Shown here piece after piece: positions 47,495-56,978 of a stretch of DNA of 64,000 nucleotides. Position 1 is the first letter of the stretch. Each line of letters starts with the position of its first letter. The DNA is from an uncultured Verrucomicrobiae bacterium (lineage in GTDB: Bacteria; Verrucomicrobiota; Verrucomicrobiia; Chthoniobacterales; UBA10450): NCBI GenBank assembly GCA_963735805.1, contig CAVTMK010000004.1, positions 192,001 through 256,000 of the forward strand, in the 5' to 3' direction. The notes under the pieces are model-generated. The model was not told where the DNA came from, did not search any database, and saw only the letters and a list, made by a program, of their open reading frames with translations. The position numbers and the translations under genes were made by a program.

Positions 47495-48865
47495 CTATTT
47501 GTGCGGCATCTCCAACGCTTTCATCAGTTCATCAATATTCGCGGCTGCGTCCAGCTTCCACGCAAGATCGACAATCCTCTTTGCACGTTTTTCACCAAGC
47601 GCCGGCTCAACGAGTGCAAAGAACTTTTCTTCCACTTCTGAATCCTTCAGCGGGTTTTTCGCGTGCCCCATTGGGTATTCCACGCGCTTGGTTAGCCTCC
47701 TTCCATCGGTAAGATCGACATGAACGATGTTCGCAACTGCATCAGGATACATACCGCTTAGCTCTGCATGGCGTACCACCTTCACGTTCTCCAAAAATTT
47801 CCAAATGTCCGGGTGGCTAAAGCGCTCGCAGTCGAATTGTTTTTCCGTTACTTCGCCATCGAGCAGCGCAATTGCAGTGATGTATGGCAAACTGTGATCA
47901 GCCGTTTCGCGCGTCTCCGGTTTCCATTTCTCCGGCTCGCTACCGATGATATCGACGGAGGCGTCGTGACTTTCGATTGTCACGGATCTTATCTTTGCGA
48001 GATCGTCAATTTCTTTGCGCAACGAGAGGGCCGCCTCAATGGCGCTTTGGCTGTGATATTCGGCCGGCCAAAACTTGATGCTCGTATTCAAAATCATTTG
48101 CGGCGCGCCACGGAATTTTTCTCCCACGTTTCCCAGCGAAACGCCCAGTTGTTTTTCGAAGGCCATTTGCCCTTCGAAAATTGGCGCCGGGCCGGTCATT
48201 CCTGCGCGTGCAAGCAGCGCCGAGTAAACACCGCGGCGTGCCGCGTCTGCAAAGGCGACCCCCTTCCAGTGCGAGAGTTCCCCTGCACGCGACTGGCGCA
48301 TTGCCGCACATGCAACTCCAGCAATGTTTACAGCGTGGCGCGTTTTTTCTGGATCGAGCTTCATCAGGTGCGCGCACGCGAGCGCCGTGGAGAACGCGCC
48401 GTAAGTCACGTGGTCCCAGCCACGCGCGCGAATACTCGCGGCATCGCATAGCCGGCATTGCACTTCATACGCGAGTGCGATGGCAGCGATCAATTGCCGT
48501 CCAGTCGTGCCCACGCTTTCAGCCGCCGCCAGGGCCGCTGAAATATTATCGCTCGGATGCGCAGGCTCTTTTGAAAGATAAGTGTCGTTATAATCGAAAT
48601 AGCGAATGCAACAGCCATTGGCAAATGCTGTCCAATCAGGAGGCGCCTTATGGATCGTGCCGATGATTGTCGCACCGTTTCTAGCCGAAAAATCGGAAGC
48701 GACGTTTCGCGCTATGACGCATGGCTCTTCATTCCACGCGCCCAGCGCGCAGCCCAGCGAGTCGATAATGCGCCGTTTTACTTCGTGCACGACTTCTTTC
48801 GAAAGATCTTCAAACCCGACCGAAGAGGAATAATTAGCAAGTTGATGAGCAAGTGTTGTCTTCAT
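47495..48865 (-). CDS. prpD: 2-methylcitrate dehydratase (MmgE/PrpD family)
   Basis: DYNDTYL..EPAHPSD, GWDH, LSHWKG, ETADHSLPY. Confidence 0.9.
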   Translation of the reverse strand: MKTTLAHQLANYSSSVGFEDLSKEVVHEVKRRIIDSLGCALGAWNEEPCVIARNVASDFSARNGATIIGTIHKAPPDWTAFANGCCIRYFDYNDTYLSKEPAHPSDNISAALAAAESVGTTGRQLIAAIALAYEVQCRLCDAASIRARGWDHVTYGAFSTALACAHLMKLDPEKTRHAVNIAGVACAAMRQSRAGELSHWKGVAFADAARRGVYSALLARAGMTGPAPIFEGQMAFEKQLGVSLGNVGEKFRGAPQMILNTSIKFWPAEYHSQSAIEAALSLRKEIDDLAKIRSVTIESHDASVDIIGSEPEKWKPETRETADHSLPYITAIALLDGEVTEKQFDCERFSHPDIWKFLENVKVVRHAELSGMYPDAVANIVHVDLTDGRRLTKRVEYPMGHAKNPLKDSEVEEKFFALVEPALGEKRAKRIVDLAWKLDAAANIDELMKALEMPHK

Positions 48866-48960
48866 GAAAGTTGCGATTTCAATCTGCCGATGAAAATCAT
48901 GGCGGCAAGCGATTGTCGATGGTTGCTCTACCGTCTAAAAATGCGCACTATCCTTTCTAG

Positions 48961-50319
48961 ATGAACAAGGTATATGCGACTGCGAAAGCCGCGCTGGATG
49001 GATTACTGCACGACAACATGACCATCGCTGCCGGCGGATTCGGATTGTGCGGCATCCCAGAGAACCTGATCGCCGCAGTGCACGAGAGCGGCGTGAGAGG
49101 ATTGACGATCGTCGGCAACAACGCGGGCGTGGACGATTTCGGCATGGGAATTTTACTGCCGGCGCGCCAGGTGAAAAAAGTGATGGCGTCGTACGTCGGC
49201 GAGAACAAGGAGTTCGAGCGCCAGGTGCTCGCCGGCGAACTCGAGCTCGAGCTTATCCCTCAAGGCACACTCGCCGAAAGATTACGCGCGGGCGGCGCGG
49301 GAATTCCGGGATTTTACACGCGTACTGGTTTCGCCACCAAACTGACTGAAGGCAAGGAGACAAAAAAATTTGGCGACGACGATTACGTCCTCGAGCCGGG
49401 TATCACCGCGGCGTTGTCGATCGTGAAGGCATGGAAGGGCGATAAATCCGGCAACCTCATTTACCGCGAAACATCGCGAAATTTTAATCCGATGATCGCC
49501 ACTTGCGGCAAAGTCTGCGTCGCCGAGGTCGAAGAACTGGTTGAGATCGGCGAGCTCGATCCCGACCAGGTTCACACGCCGGGCATTTTCGTTAACCGAA
49601 TCATTCAGGGCGCAAAATACGAGAAGCGGATTGAGTTCCGCACGGTTCAGGGCGCGGCCGCGTCGAAGAAAGAAAATCCGGTGCGCGAACTAATGGCGAA
49701 ACGCGCCGCCCAGGAATTGCGCGACGGTTACTACGTCAATCTCGGCATCGGAATTCCGACGCTCGTTGCCAATTACATTCCCGAAGGAATTCACGTTACG
49801 CTTCAGTCTGAGAACGGCCTGCTCGGTATCGGCCCATTTCCCAAACCCGGCGAAGAAGACCCCGACTTGATCAATGCCGGCAAACAAACCATCACAGCGA
49901 TGCCGGGCTCCGCGTTTTTCTCGAGCGCGGATTCGTTTGGACAAATTCGCGGTGGACATATCGATCTTGCGATTCTCGGCGCGTTCGAAGTGACAGACAA
50001 AGGCGACATCGCAAACTGGATGATTCCCGGAAAGATGATCAAGGGACCTGGCGGCGCGATGGACCTTGTCGCGGGCGTGAAGCGCGTGGTCGCAGTGATG
50101 GAACACACGTCAAAAGATGGCAGTCCGAAAATTTTGAAAAAATGCACGCTGCCAATCACCGGCCTCGGCGTGGTTAATCTCATCATTACCGATTTGTGCG
50201 TGTTCGAGGTGAAACCCGATGGCGGCGGCCTCGTGCTCACCGAAATCCATTCCAACGCGACGGTGGACGAGATTCGCGTAAAAACCGGCGCACCGTTTGG
50301 AGTCGCGCTGAAGAAATAA
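48961..50319 (+). CDS. Fused 3-oxoacid CoA-transferase (subunits A and B in one chain)
   Basis: A half: [21 protein letters not shown] half: VNLGIGIP, catalytic SENG, GGAMDLV; continuous ORF. Confidence 0.93.
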   Translation: MNKVYATAKAALDGLLHDNMTIAAGGFGLCGIPENLIAAVHESGVRGLTIVGNNAGVDDFGMGILLPARQVKKVMASYVGENKEFERQVLAGELELELIPQGTLAERLRAGGAGIPGFYTRTGFATKLTEGKETKKFGDDDYVLEPGITAALSIVKAWKGDKSGNLIYRETSRNFNPMIATCGKVCVAEVEELVEIGELDPDQVHTPGIFVNRIIQGAKYEKRIEFRTVQGAAASKKENPVRELMAKRAAQELRDGYYVNLGIGIPTLVANYIPEGIHVTLQSENGLLGIGPFPKPGEEDPDLINAGKQTITAMPGSAFFSSADSFGQIRGGHIDLAILGAFEVTDKGDIANWMIPGKMIKGPGGAMDLVAGVKRVVAVMEHTSKDGSPKILKKCTLPITGLGVVNLIITDLCVFEVKPDGGGLVLTEIHSNATVDEIRVKTGAPFGVALKK

Positions 50320-50321
50320 TT

Positions 50322-51605
50322 TTACGCCGCGCGCTGGCGCGGACAGATCAGCACTAATACGGACGCGATCACGAAACAGGCAATCATCACCGCGAATCCG
50401 CCGTTGAACGATCCGCTGCGCTGACTGATGTCGCCGATCATCTTCGGTCCGAAGAAGCCGCCGATGCTCGCCGTGCAATTAATGAAGCCTACGGCCGCCG
50501 CAGCGGCCGAAGCACTCAAGAACCCCGAAGGCAACGCCCAGAACGCCGGCAAATAAGCAACAGTCCCAAATCCCACCAGCGTAAACAGTGCGACAAGTAA
50601 CGCGTTCGAATGCGGAAACGCGAGCAACGCGATCAATGCGACGGCCGCGGTCAATTGTGGAGCGGCAAAATGCCAGCGGCGTTCGCCCGTGCGATCGGAA
50701 CTCCAGCCCAGCGCCAACATGCCAACGAGTCCCCCCAGAAATGGGATCGAGCCAATCCATCCGATTTGCGCGACGTCCGTCCACCCGGTGAGCCGTTGCA
50801 GCATCGTCGGCATCCAAAACCAAAACGCGTAGCCGCCGGTGTAGGTAAAAAACAATCCAGTTGTCAGGATCAACACCGCCGGATGTCGAAGCGCTCGCCA
50901 GATCGACATGTATTCGACATTTGCTTTCGCGCGGCGTTCTTCTTCCAGCTTCGAAACGAGCCAATCGCGCTCGTCCGCGTCAAGCCACCGCACTTTGTCA
51001 GGCCGATCCGGAAGAACGAAAAGCGTCGCAACGCCGAAAATGACCGCCGGAATTCCTTCCAACAAAAAGAGCCAACGCCAACCCGAAAAACTCAGCCAGT
51101 GGACGCCCAAAATTTTTCCAGCAATCGGTCCGCCAATGATAAAACCAATCGGAATCGCAGCCATGAAACGCGCGACGGCTTTGGCTCGGTCTTTATAAAT
51201 GAACCAATGCGAAAGATAAACGATTACGCCGGGAAAAAATCCCGCTTCAGCCGCGCCAAGCAGGAAACGCGCGCCGTAGAGTTGATGCGCACTGTGGACA
51301 AAGCCGGTCAGCGTCGTGAGCGCTCCCCATGTGATCAACGTTATCGCCAACAAAAGTCGCGCGCTCCAGCGTTCGACCAACAGCGCTCCGGGAATTTGCA
51401 ACGCGAAGTAACCAATGAAAAAGATTCCGCTCGCGGTGCCGAAGACGGAATCGGTCAGGCCGAGATCGCCTTTCATTCCGAGCGTTGCGTAAGCGATGTT
51501 GGTGCGGTCGAGATAATTCGCGAAGTAAAGCAAAAACAGAAACGGCAGCAGCCGCCACGCAATCCGACTACGCGCACTTTCCCCAACGTCCATTTCCGAA
51601 ACCAT
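50322..51605 (-). CDS. MFS transporter, anion:cation symporter (TtuB-like) family
   Basis: YLDRTNI, RFLLGAAEAGFFPG, GWRWLFLLEG, SDRTGERRWH; start uncertain. Confidence 0.9.
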   Translation of the reverse strand: MVSEMDVGESARSRIAWRLLPFLFLLYFANYLDRTNIAYATLGMKGDLGLTDSVFGTASGIFFIGYFALQIPGALLVERWSARLLLAITLITWGALTTLTGFVHSAHQLYGARFLLGAAEAGFFPGVIVYLSHWFIYKDRAKAVARFMAAIPIGFIIGGPIAGKILGVHWLSFSGWRWLFLLEGIPAVIFGVATLFVLPDRPDKVRWLDADERDWLVSKLEEERRAKANVEYMSIWRALRHPAVLILTTGLFFTYTGGYAFWFWMPTMLQRLTGWTDVAQIGWIGSIPFLGGLVGMLALGWSSDRTGERRWHFAAPQLTAAVALIALLAFPHSNALLVALFTLVGFGTVAYLPAFWALPSGFLSASAAAAAVGFINCTASIGGFFGPKMIGDISQRSGSFNGGFAVMIACFVIASVLVLICPRQRAA

Positions 51606-51721
51606 GCTTGCAGCCACGCTAAGACACAAACGGCGATGGCGTGCTCATGTCTGAACCAATTCGGGAAGCCATTCAACACTGCGGCGAGACTGGAAAGGAA
51701 AGCGACCTGATACTTGAGTGG

Positions 51722-52486
51722 TCAGGTTAATGTCGCAACGAGTTCGCGAAGGAAGCGTTCCACTTCTGAAGGGTCCCTGAGTGTATATCTGGCCGCAGTA
51801 GCCCTCGGTTTTTCGCTTACAAGAATTCCTACACCGCGTCGCTCGAGTACGCGAAAGGCATCTTCATCGGTGCGATCATCTCCAATATAAATCGGGTTTG
51901 GACGCTCCAAACCCAGCTTTTCCAATAACCAGAGCACGGCCTTGCCCTTATCCCAGTCGATGTTGGGCAACAACTCGTAGACTTTTTTACCATCGATCAT
52001 GCGCAGCTGTTGGTGTCGCGCGGCCGCTTCGCTCATGGCTCGCTGTAACTTGGGAAAGTCGTGTTCACTTACGTTGCGGTAATGCGCAGCGATGGAGAAA
52101 CATTTTCTCTCAGTCAGTGCGCCCGGAATGCCAGCGAGTTTTTCTCGGATCTCCTTTTCAGCAAAATCGAGCGCCGGCAAAAACTCTATCGCCTCTTGTC
52201 TGCGCAAGCCGTCGGGCCCGGCGATGTCAAATCCGTGGCTGCCAGCGTAAACGAGTCCTTCAATATCAACACGCTTGCTAATGTCTTCGAGCTCTCGACC
52301 GCTGAGGATTGCGACAGGTACTTTCGCCGTGAGCGCGCGCAGAATTGCCCGAGTGGACTGTGAAAGCACCGCCTGATCAGGCCGACTGACTATCGGCGCA
52401 AGTGTGCCGTCGTAGTCCAGGAAAACGGCGAACGGATCACCGTGCGGTGCTATCTCTTGAACGTGGTCCAGAGCAGAAGGAAGCAT
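51722..52486 (-). CDS. otsB: Trehalose-6-phosphate phosphatase
   Basis: FLDYDGTL, SGR, AGSHG, WDKG, GDDRTDEDAF. Confidence 0.95.
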   Translation of the reverse strand: MLPSALDHVQEIAPHGDPFAVFLDYDGTLAPIVSRPDQAVLSQSTRAILRALTAKVPVAILSGRELEDISKRVDIEGLVYAGSHGFDIAGPDGLRRQEAIEFLPALDFAEKEIREKLAGIPGALTERKCFSIAAHYRNVSEHDFPKLQRAMSEAAARHQQLRMIDGKKVYELLPNIDWDKGKAVLWLLEKLGLERPNPIYIGDDRTDEDAFRVLERRGVGILVSEKPRATAARYTLRDPSEVERFLRELVATLT

Positions 52487-52513
52487 ATTCGATTTAACAA
52501 AAAGAGTTAAAAG

Positions 52514-52572
52514 AGTTACAACGTTACAAGGCTAAAAGCATTCCAGACTGAATGCGTTGTAACAATGTAACT
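52514..52572. repeat. Imperfect palindrome of GTTACA units between otsB and otsA
   Basis: AGTTACAACGTTACAA...GCATTC/GAATGC...TTGTAACAATGTAACT. Confidence 0.65.
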
Positions 52573-52587
52573 TTTACCCGTTGTAGC

Positions 52588-54048
52588 ATGAATCGCCTGA
52601 TCGTCGTTTCCAATCGATTACCGTTCGCGCTGGATTCGACAGGCGAAGATCTTTGGACCGTTACACCAGCTGCCGGGGGACTCGTTTCTGCGGTGGAACC
52701 GGTGCTGCGCGAACGCGGTGGCACTTGGATCGGCTGGCCGGGAACTGCAGGCAAAATTCCAAAGGGACCTCTTGCCGTCGCTACACGTGACGCCGGTTAC
52801 AAGGTAGTGCCAGTTGCTCTTAGCGAAACCGAACGCGATGAATTTTACTACGGCTACTCAAACGGAGTAATCTGGCCACTGTTTCACGATCTGCAGAATT
52901 TTTGCAATTTCGAGCCGGCATATTGGGAGGCTTACAAGGAAGTTAACGACCATTACGCCGAGGCTATCGCACGCTGCTCGCAACCTGATGACTTCATCTG
53001 GGTACACGATTATCACCTGATGTACGTCGCGCAGGCATTACGCGAGCGAGGCTTACGCGCAGCCTTGACGTTTTTCCTGCACATCCCGTTCCCGCCGTAT
53101 GACATTTTTTCAAAGCTGCCTCAACCGCAGCGGCTATTACGCGCTCTCCTGCAATTCGATCTGCTTGGGTTCCAGACGCGGCGCGACGTTCGAAACTTTC
53201 TCGGATGCGTTCGGCGCGTGATGTCGGATGCGCGGATCGTTCCTCGGCGCGGCCTGCAATTGGTTCGTTTCGAAAAACGCGCAATTCGCGTGGGACATTT
53301 CCCGATTGGGATCGACTTCGATTCGTTTGAAAAAGGCGCCATGTCCGACGTGGTCACGCGCAGATCTCAGAAGCTGCGCGCCACGTTTCCGGATTGCCAG
53401 CTGATCTTGGGCGTGGATCGCCTCGACTATAGCAAGGGAATTCCCGAACGATTGCGCGCATTTCGCAATGCGCTGGAACGCCATCCGGAACTGCGCGGAC
53501 GTGTGGTGCTCATTCAGGTGGTCGTGCCTAGCCGGGTGGAAATTCCCAGATATCACGAGTTCAAGCAACGCATCGATCGCCTTGTCGGCGATATCAACGG
53601 GCGCTTTTCCACCAGCAATTGGTTGCCGGTGCAGTACCATTTTCGCAGCCTCGATCGCGAAAATCTTCTGGCGCACTACCGCGGTTGCGACATTGCTTTC
53701 GTCACCCCGCTCAAGGATGGAATGAATCTGGTGGCTAAGGAATATTGCGCCTGCCGCGCCGACGAAAATGGAGTGCTTATCCTTAGTCATTTCGCCGGCG
53801 CGGCGGAGCAGCTCAAGACCGGTGCAATGCTGGTGAATCCTTACGATGTCGAAGAAATGGCCGACACAATCTCGGAAGGATTCCGAATGAGCGAGACCGA
53901 ACGCAGCGCGCGCATGAAGCGCATGAGGCGCGTGGTGCGCGATGAAAATGTTTTTTGGTGGGTCGATTCGTTTCTTAAAGCCGGAGCAAAGCTCACAGCT
54001 CGCTCATCGCAGGTTGTCAGGCGCCGCAGCGCCACGACTAAATGCTAA
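52588..54048 (+). CDS. otsA: Trehalose-6-phosphate synthase (GT20)
   Basis: VSNRLP, GGLV, WPLFH, WVHDYHL, HIPFP, DRLDYSKG, DGMNLVAKEY. Confidence 0.96.
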   Translation: MNRLIVVSNRLPFALDSTGEDLWTVTPAAGGLVSAVEPVLRERGGTWIGWPGTAGKIPKGPLAVATRDAGYKVVPVALSETERDEFYYGYSNGVIWPLFHDLQNFCNFEPAYWEAYKEVNDHYAEAIARCSQPDDFIWVHDYHLMYVAQALRERGLRAALTFFLHIPFPPYDIFSKLPQPQRLLRALLQFDLLGFQTRRDVRNFLGCVRRVMSDARIVPRRGLQLVRFEKRAIRVGHFPIGIDFDSFEKGAMSDVVTRRSQKLRATFPDCQLILGVDRLDYSKGIPERLRAFRNALERHPELRGRVVLIQVVVPSRVEIPRYHEFKQRIDRLVGDINGRFSTSNWLPVQYHFRSLDRENLLAHYRGCDIAFVTPLKDGMNLVAKEYCACRADENGVLILSHFAGAAEQLKTGAMLVNPYDVEEMADTISEGFRMSETERSARMKRMRRVVRDENVFWWVDSFLKAGAKLTARSSQVVRRRSATTKC

Positions 54049-54199
54049 GAGCTCTTTTGCGGTCTTCATGAACCAGGGGCCCGTTACGCTTGTTTGTGTG
54101 CTCTTCGAGCAAATCGGAGATCATTCACTTCGTTGAGGATGACAGGCGAATACGGAAGGAAGCATCTTGAAAAGGATCTCTTCGTGAGGCGCAAAACGC

Positions 54200-54475
54200 G
54201 TGGCGATCATTGATAAGCTGCAAAAAATCTCCGACACGGTTTGGGAATTGCTGGCGACGTACAAGCGAGGCATGCGCGTACGGGTGCGTATCATTGCGAC
54301 GGAAAAGCTGGTTCGCGAAATGGACGACGCCGTTTACCAGCAGATCAGCAACGTCGCCACGTTGCCCGGGATCACGCGTTACGCGCTCTGCATGCCCGAT
54401 GGCCACAATGGTTATGGATTTCCGATCGGCGGCGTGGCGGCAATGGACGTGGTTTTCGATTGGCAACAAACGTAA
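54200..54475 (+). pseudogene. rtcB: 5' fragment of RNA ligase RtcB
   Basis: NVATLPGI...[19 protein letters not shown], then unrelated sequence and a stop at 91 aa. Confidence 0.85.
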
Positions 54476-54619
54476 AACGCGTTGCCTTCTGGCGCGCCGT
54501 GGTGCCCACGGGCGATCAGTCACCGCCTCACCTTCCCGCAAAACAATTTAGCTACCGCTGCGCGAATGCGGCTTCGGGCAGCGGATCATGGATGACTAGA
54601 AATTGGAGCCTCGCGCCGA

Positions 54620-56296
54620 TCACGGCGGGGTAGGACGCGGGTGTGGCGTCGGACGCGGCCGCGGTGTTGCTCTTGGTGTGGCCGTGGGTGGCGGAGTGGG
54701 TGTGACACTCGGCGTAGCTGTCGGCGTCACCGTAACGGTGGGCGTTGGTGTCGGGGTTGTCGGCGTGGCTGTTGGAGTTGCTGTGGGCGTTGGCGTGGGC
54801 GTAGTAATCGGCGTAGCAGTGGGCGTTGGCGTGGGCGTGGGAGTTGGCCCTCCTCCTGCGCAGAAGATCTCCGTCGACATCAATGGTGTGATGCCGTCAA
54901 TGTCGTAGCCACCTGACAACACAATTCTGGTCGTACCGTCGGTGTCAGTGGGGAAATTTCGACGTGCATTAACGAACGGATCGCCGGTTGTCCAAGAGTT
55001 CGTGCCCGGATCGTAGATATCCACCTCGTTGGAAGGATTGGGCGCCACCCGGCCTCCGCCGATCACATACATCTGATCATTGAAGTTCAGCCCTCGGGTC
55101 TCCCCTGTCGCCCTCGGTATTGCTGCGATGGTACCAATGGTGTTCGCCACCGGATCGAAACTGAACGAGTTGGTGGTGTCCACCACTGTAGCACCCTGGA
55201 AATCCGATGCACCGCCTACATAGATGATGCCGTTTATGGTGCACGTAGGCGCATACATGATCCCTTCAGGCGTGTTCACCTTTTGTGTCCACCTGGAGCC
55301 TGCCGCAGCATTTGGATCAAACTCCCAGATCTCGTTTGTGGAAGCCACGTTGATGTCAAACCCGCCGAGGATGTATAGCTTGTTGTTGGCCACTGCAAAG
55401 CCACCAGGCAGAATTGTGCCCGCAGCATCGCCAGGCCAATCGTCCGTGCCAAGGAGGGCCGGCGTATCGGTGGCTGGATCGTAAGTGAACACGCGAGCGG
55501 TGGCGGTGGTATTTCCGGCTGCCGAACCGCCCACGCAATAGATCAAAGGCGTCCCTGAAACAGTGAGCACGCCACAAGCCATGTTGTTCATCTGATTGTC
55601 AGGCAACGTCGAAGCCATCTGGGTCCAGGCGTTGGAGTTGGGATTGTACTGAAGCACGTGCTGGAAATCATCGCCCGCATTATCTGAGATACGGCCACCC
55701 ACGGTGTAGAAGTTGCCGTCGGCCTGGAAATGAACCCCAACCGCTCTGACCAGCACAGTTGGCATGTCCGGACCTGCTGACCAACCCGATGGCGCGCAAC
55801 CACCCGAAACATTGACCACGCCAGTCATGCCAATGATGCAATGCGCGTGGCAGAAGTAAGAATAAACGCCGGGCTCCGTAAACGTGTGCTCATAGACCGT
55901 GCCTATGTTGGAAAGAACTCCCGCTGGGCAGTTCGTATCGTCAGGCGAACAGAATTGGGAATCAACATCGCATGGAGGGCCACTGGTGACACTGTGGCCG
56001 CTCTCGGCCCAGGTCCATCGCACGGTATCGCCTACAGAGATGTTGACTGAGTCAGGCACAAAGACATCGCCACCTTTCCCCACTGCTACATCAAAGATTT
56101 GGCCGCCACCCGTCGGCACGCCACTCACGGCTGTTCGTCCGTTTTGATCCACAATGCGGATCCCTGGGGTAGCGGGATTTTTCTGTTGCGTCGTGGCGAG
56201 ATGTTTGTTGCCCGGTTCAGCTTGCGATGAAAATACAATCGCGAAGATCGTCGCAAGGAAAAAAGTCGCCCTGACTACTGTGTTAAATCGTTTCAT
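54620..56296 (-). CDS. Secreted cupredoxin + Kelch-repeat protein with PT linker and RP tail
   Basis: Signal peptide; VGDTVRW..HSV..YFCHAHCIIGM type-1 Cu ligands; Kelch GG..YDP..W repeats; ends [15 protein letters not shown]. Confidence 0.85.
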   Translation of the reverse strand: MKRFNTVVRATFFLATIFAIVFSSQAEPGNKHLATTQQKNPATPGIRIVDQNGRTAVSGVPTGGGQIFDVAVGKGGDVFVPDSVNISVGDTVRWTWAESGHSVTSGPPCDVDSQFCSPDDTNCPAGVLSNIGTVYEHTFTEPGVYSYFCHAHCIIGMTGVVNVSGGCAPSGWSAGPDMPTVLVRAVGVHFQADGNFYTVGGRISDNAGDDFQHVLQYNPNSNAWTQMASTLPDNQMNNMACGVLTVSGTPLIYCVGGSAAGNTTATARVFTYDPATDTPALLGTDDWPGDAAGTILPGGFAVANNKLYILGGFDINVASTNEIWEFDPNAAAGSRWTQKVNTPEGIMYAPTCTINGIIYVGGASDFQGATVVDTTNSFSFDPVANTIGTIAAIPRATGETRGLNFNDQMYVIGGGRVAPNPSNEVDIYDPGTNSWTTGDPFVNARRNFPTDTDGTTRIVLSGGYDIDGITPLMSTEIFCAGGGPTPTPTPTPTATPITTPTPTPTATPTATPTTPTPTPTVTVTPTATPSVTPTPPPTATPRATPRPRPTPHPRPTPP

Positions 56297-56517
56297 GGTT
56301 TTATTCTTTCTTTTGCGCGCCAGCGTTTGGGATTTTCTTTAAAATCGACCGAACCGTAGCTGGTGCTCTGCGATTCAGCGGTGGAGGGCGCGATATTGCG
56401 CAGGGATTCAAAAGAACGGCAAGCAAAATTTCTTGTTCAAAGGCCATTTCTGAAGACAGGCCTTGGCAAAAAAGTAACAAAACTGTTACCTTTCCCGCGA
56501 GAAGCGACGGCGTGTGC

Positions 56518-56541
56518 TGGAGCTGGGGTCGCCGACCCTGG
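56518..56541. repeat. GTAG-type REP-like element (degenerate)
   Basis: TGGAGCTGGGGTCGCCGACCCTGG. Confidence 0.5.
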
Positions 56542-56571
56542 TTGACTGATCACTACCCCTTAGATCACAGC

Positions 56572-56767
56572 CTACCGTGGAGTCGGGCGAACGCGTGGAG
56601 TTGGACGCGGCCTGGGGGTTGGTCCACATCTGCCCGTGCATGGCGCAGGACTAGGCGTTGGTGTTGGACCCGATTGCGCGGAGTATCTCCCACCGGTGTT
56701 AGAGGGGCTGAGGTCGTCAGTTCCGCCCCAGACGGAAGCCAGATGGAGACGCGGATTTCTTTTTCAT
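56572..56767 (-). pseudogene. Internally deleted Kelch-type secreted protein gene retaining its start and RP tail
   Basis: MKKKSASPSGF joined out of frame near 56734 to [53 protein letters not shown]. Confidence 0.7.
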
Positions 56768-56935
56768 GATCAGAAGTGCCGCGGATCCAAGAGAGTGGAG
56801 GGCGGATTCGCGAGCGCCGATGTTAAGTGAAACGCGTCCGCGTGTCAACGTCTCGCGATTCACGGCTCGATTGAATCGTGAGACTGCGACACAAACGCAA
56901 ATGTTCGCAATACTTTGCGACAGGAGCACACACAG

Positions 56936-56959
56936 CCGCGGTCAGCGACCACGGCTACA
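56936..56959. repeat. GTAG-type REP-like element
   Basis: Reverse complement reads TGTAGCCGTGGTCGCTGACCGCGG. Confidence 0.55.
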
Positions 56960-56978
56960 GGTGATCACCGATTGCTAG

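Noticed and set aside
50610..51710. 366-aa plus-strand ORF, and similar long antisense ORFs elsewhere
   Set aside because: Fully antisense to well-supported genes, with no recognisable motifs.
54603..54916. Plus-strand GV-rich and RW-rich ORFs
   Set aside because: Antisense shadows of the Pro/Thr linker codons.
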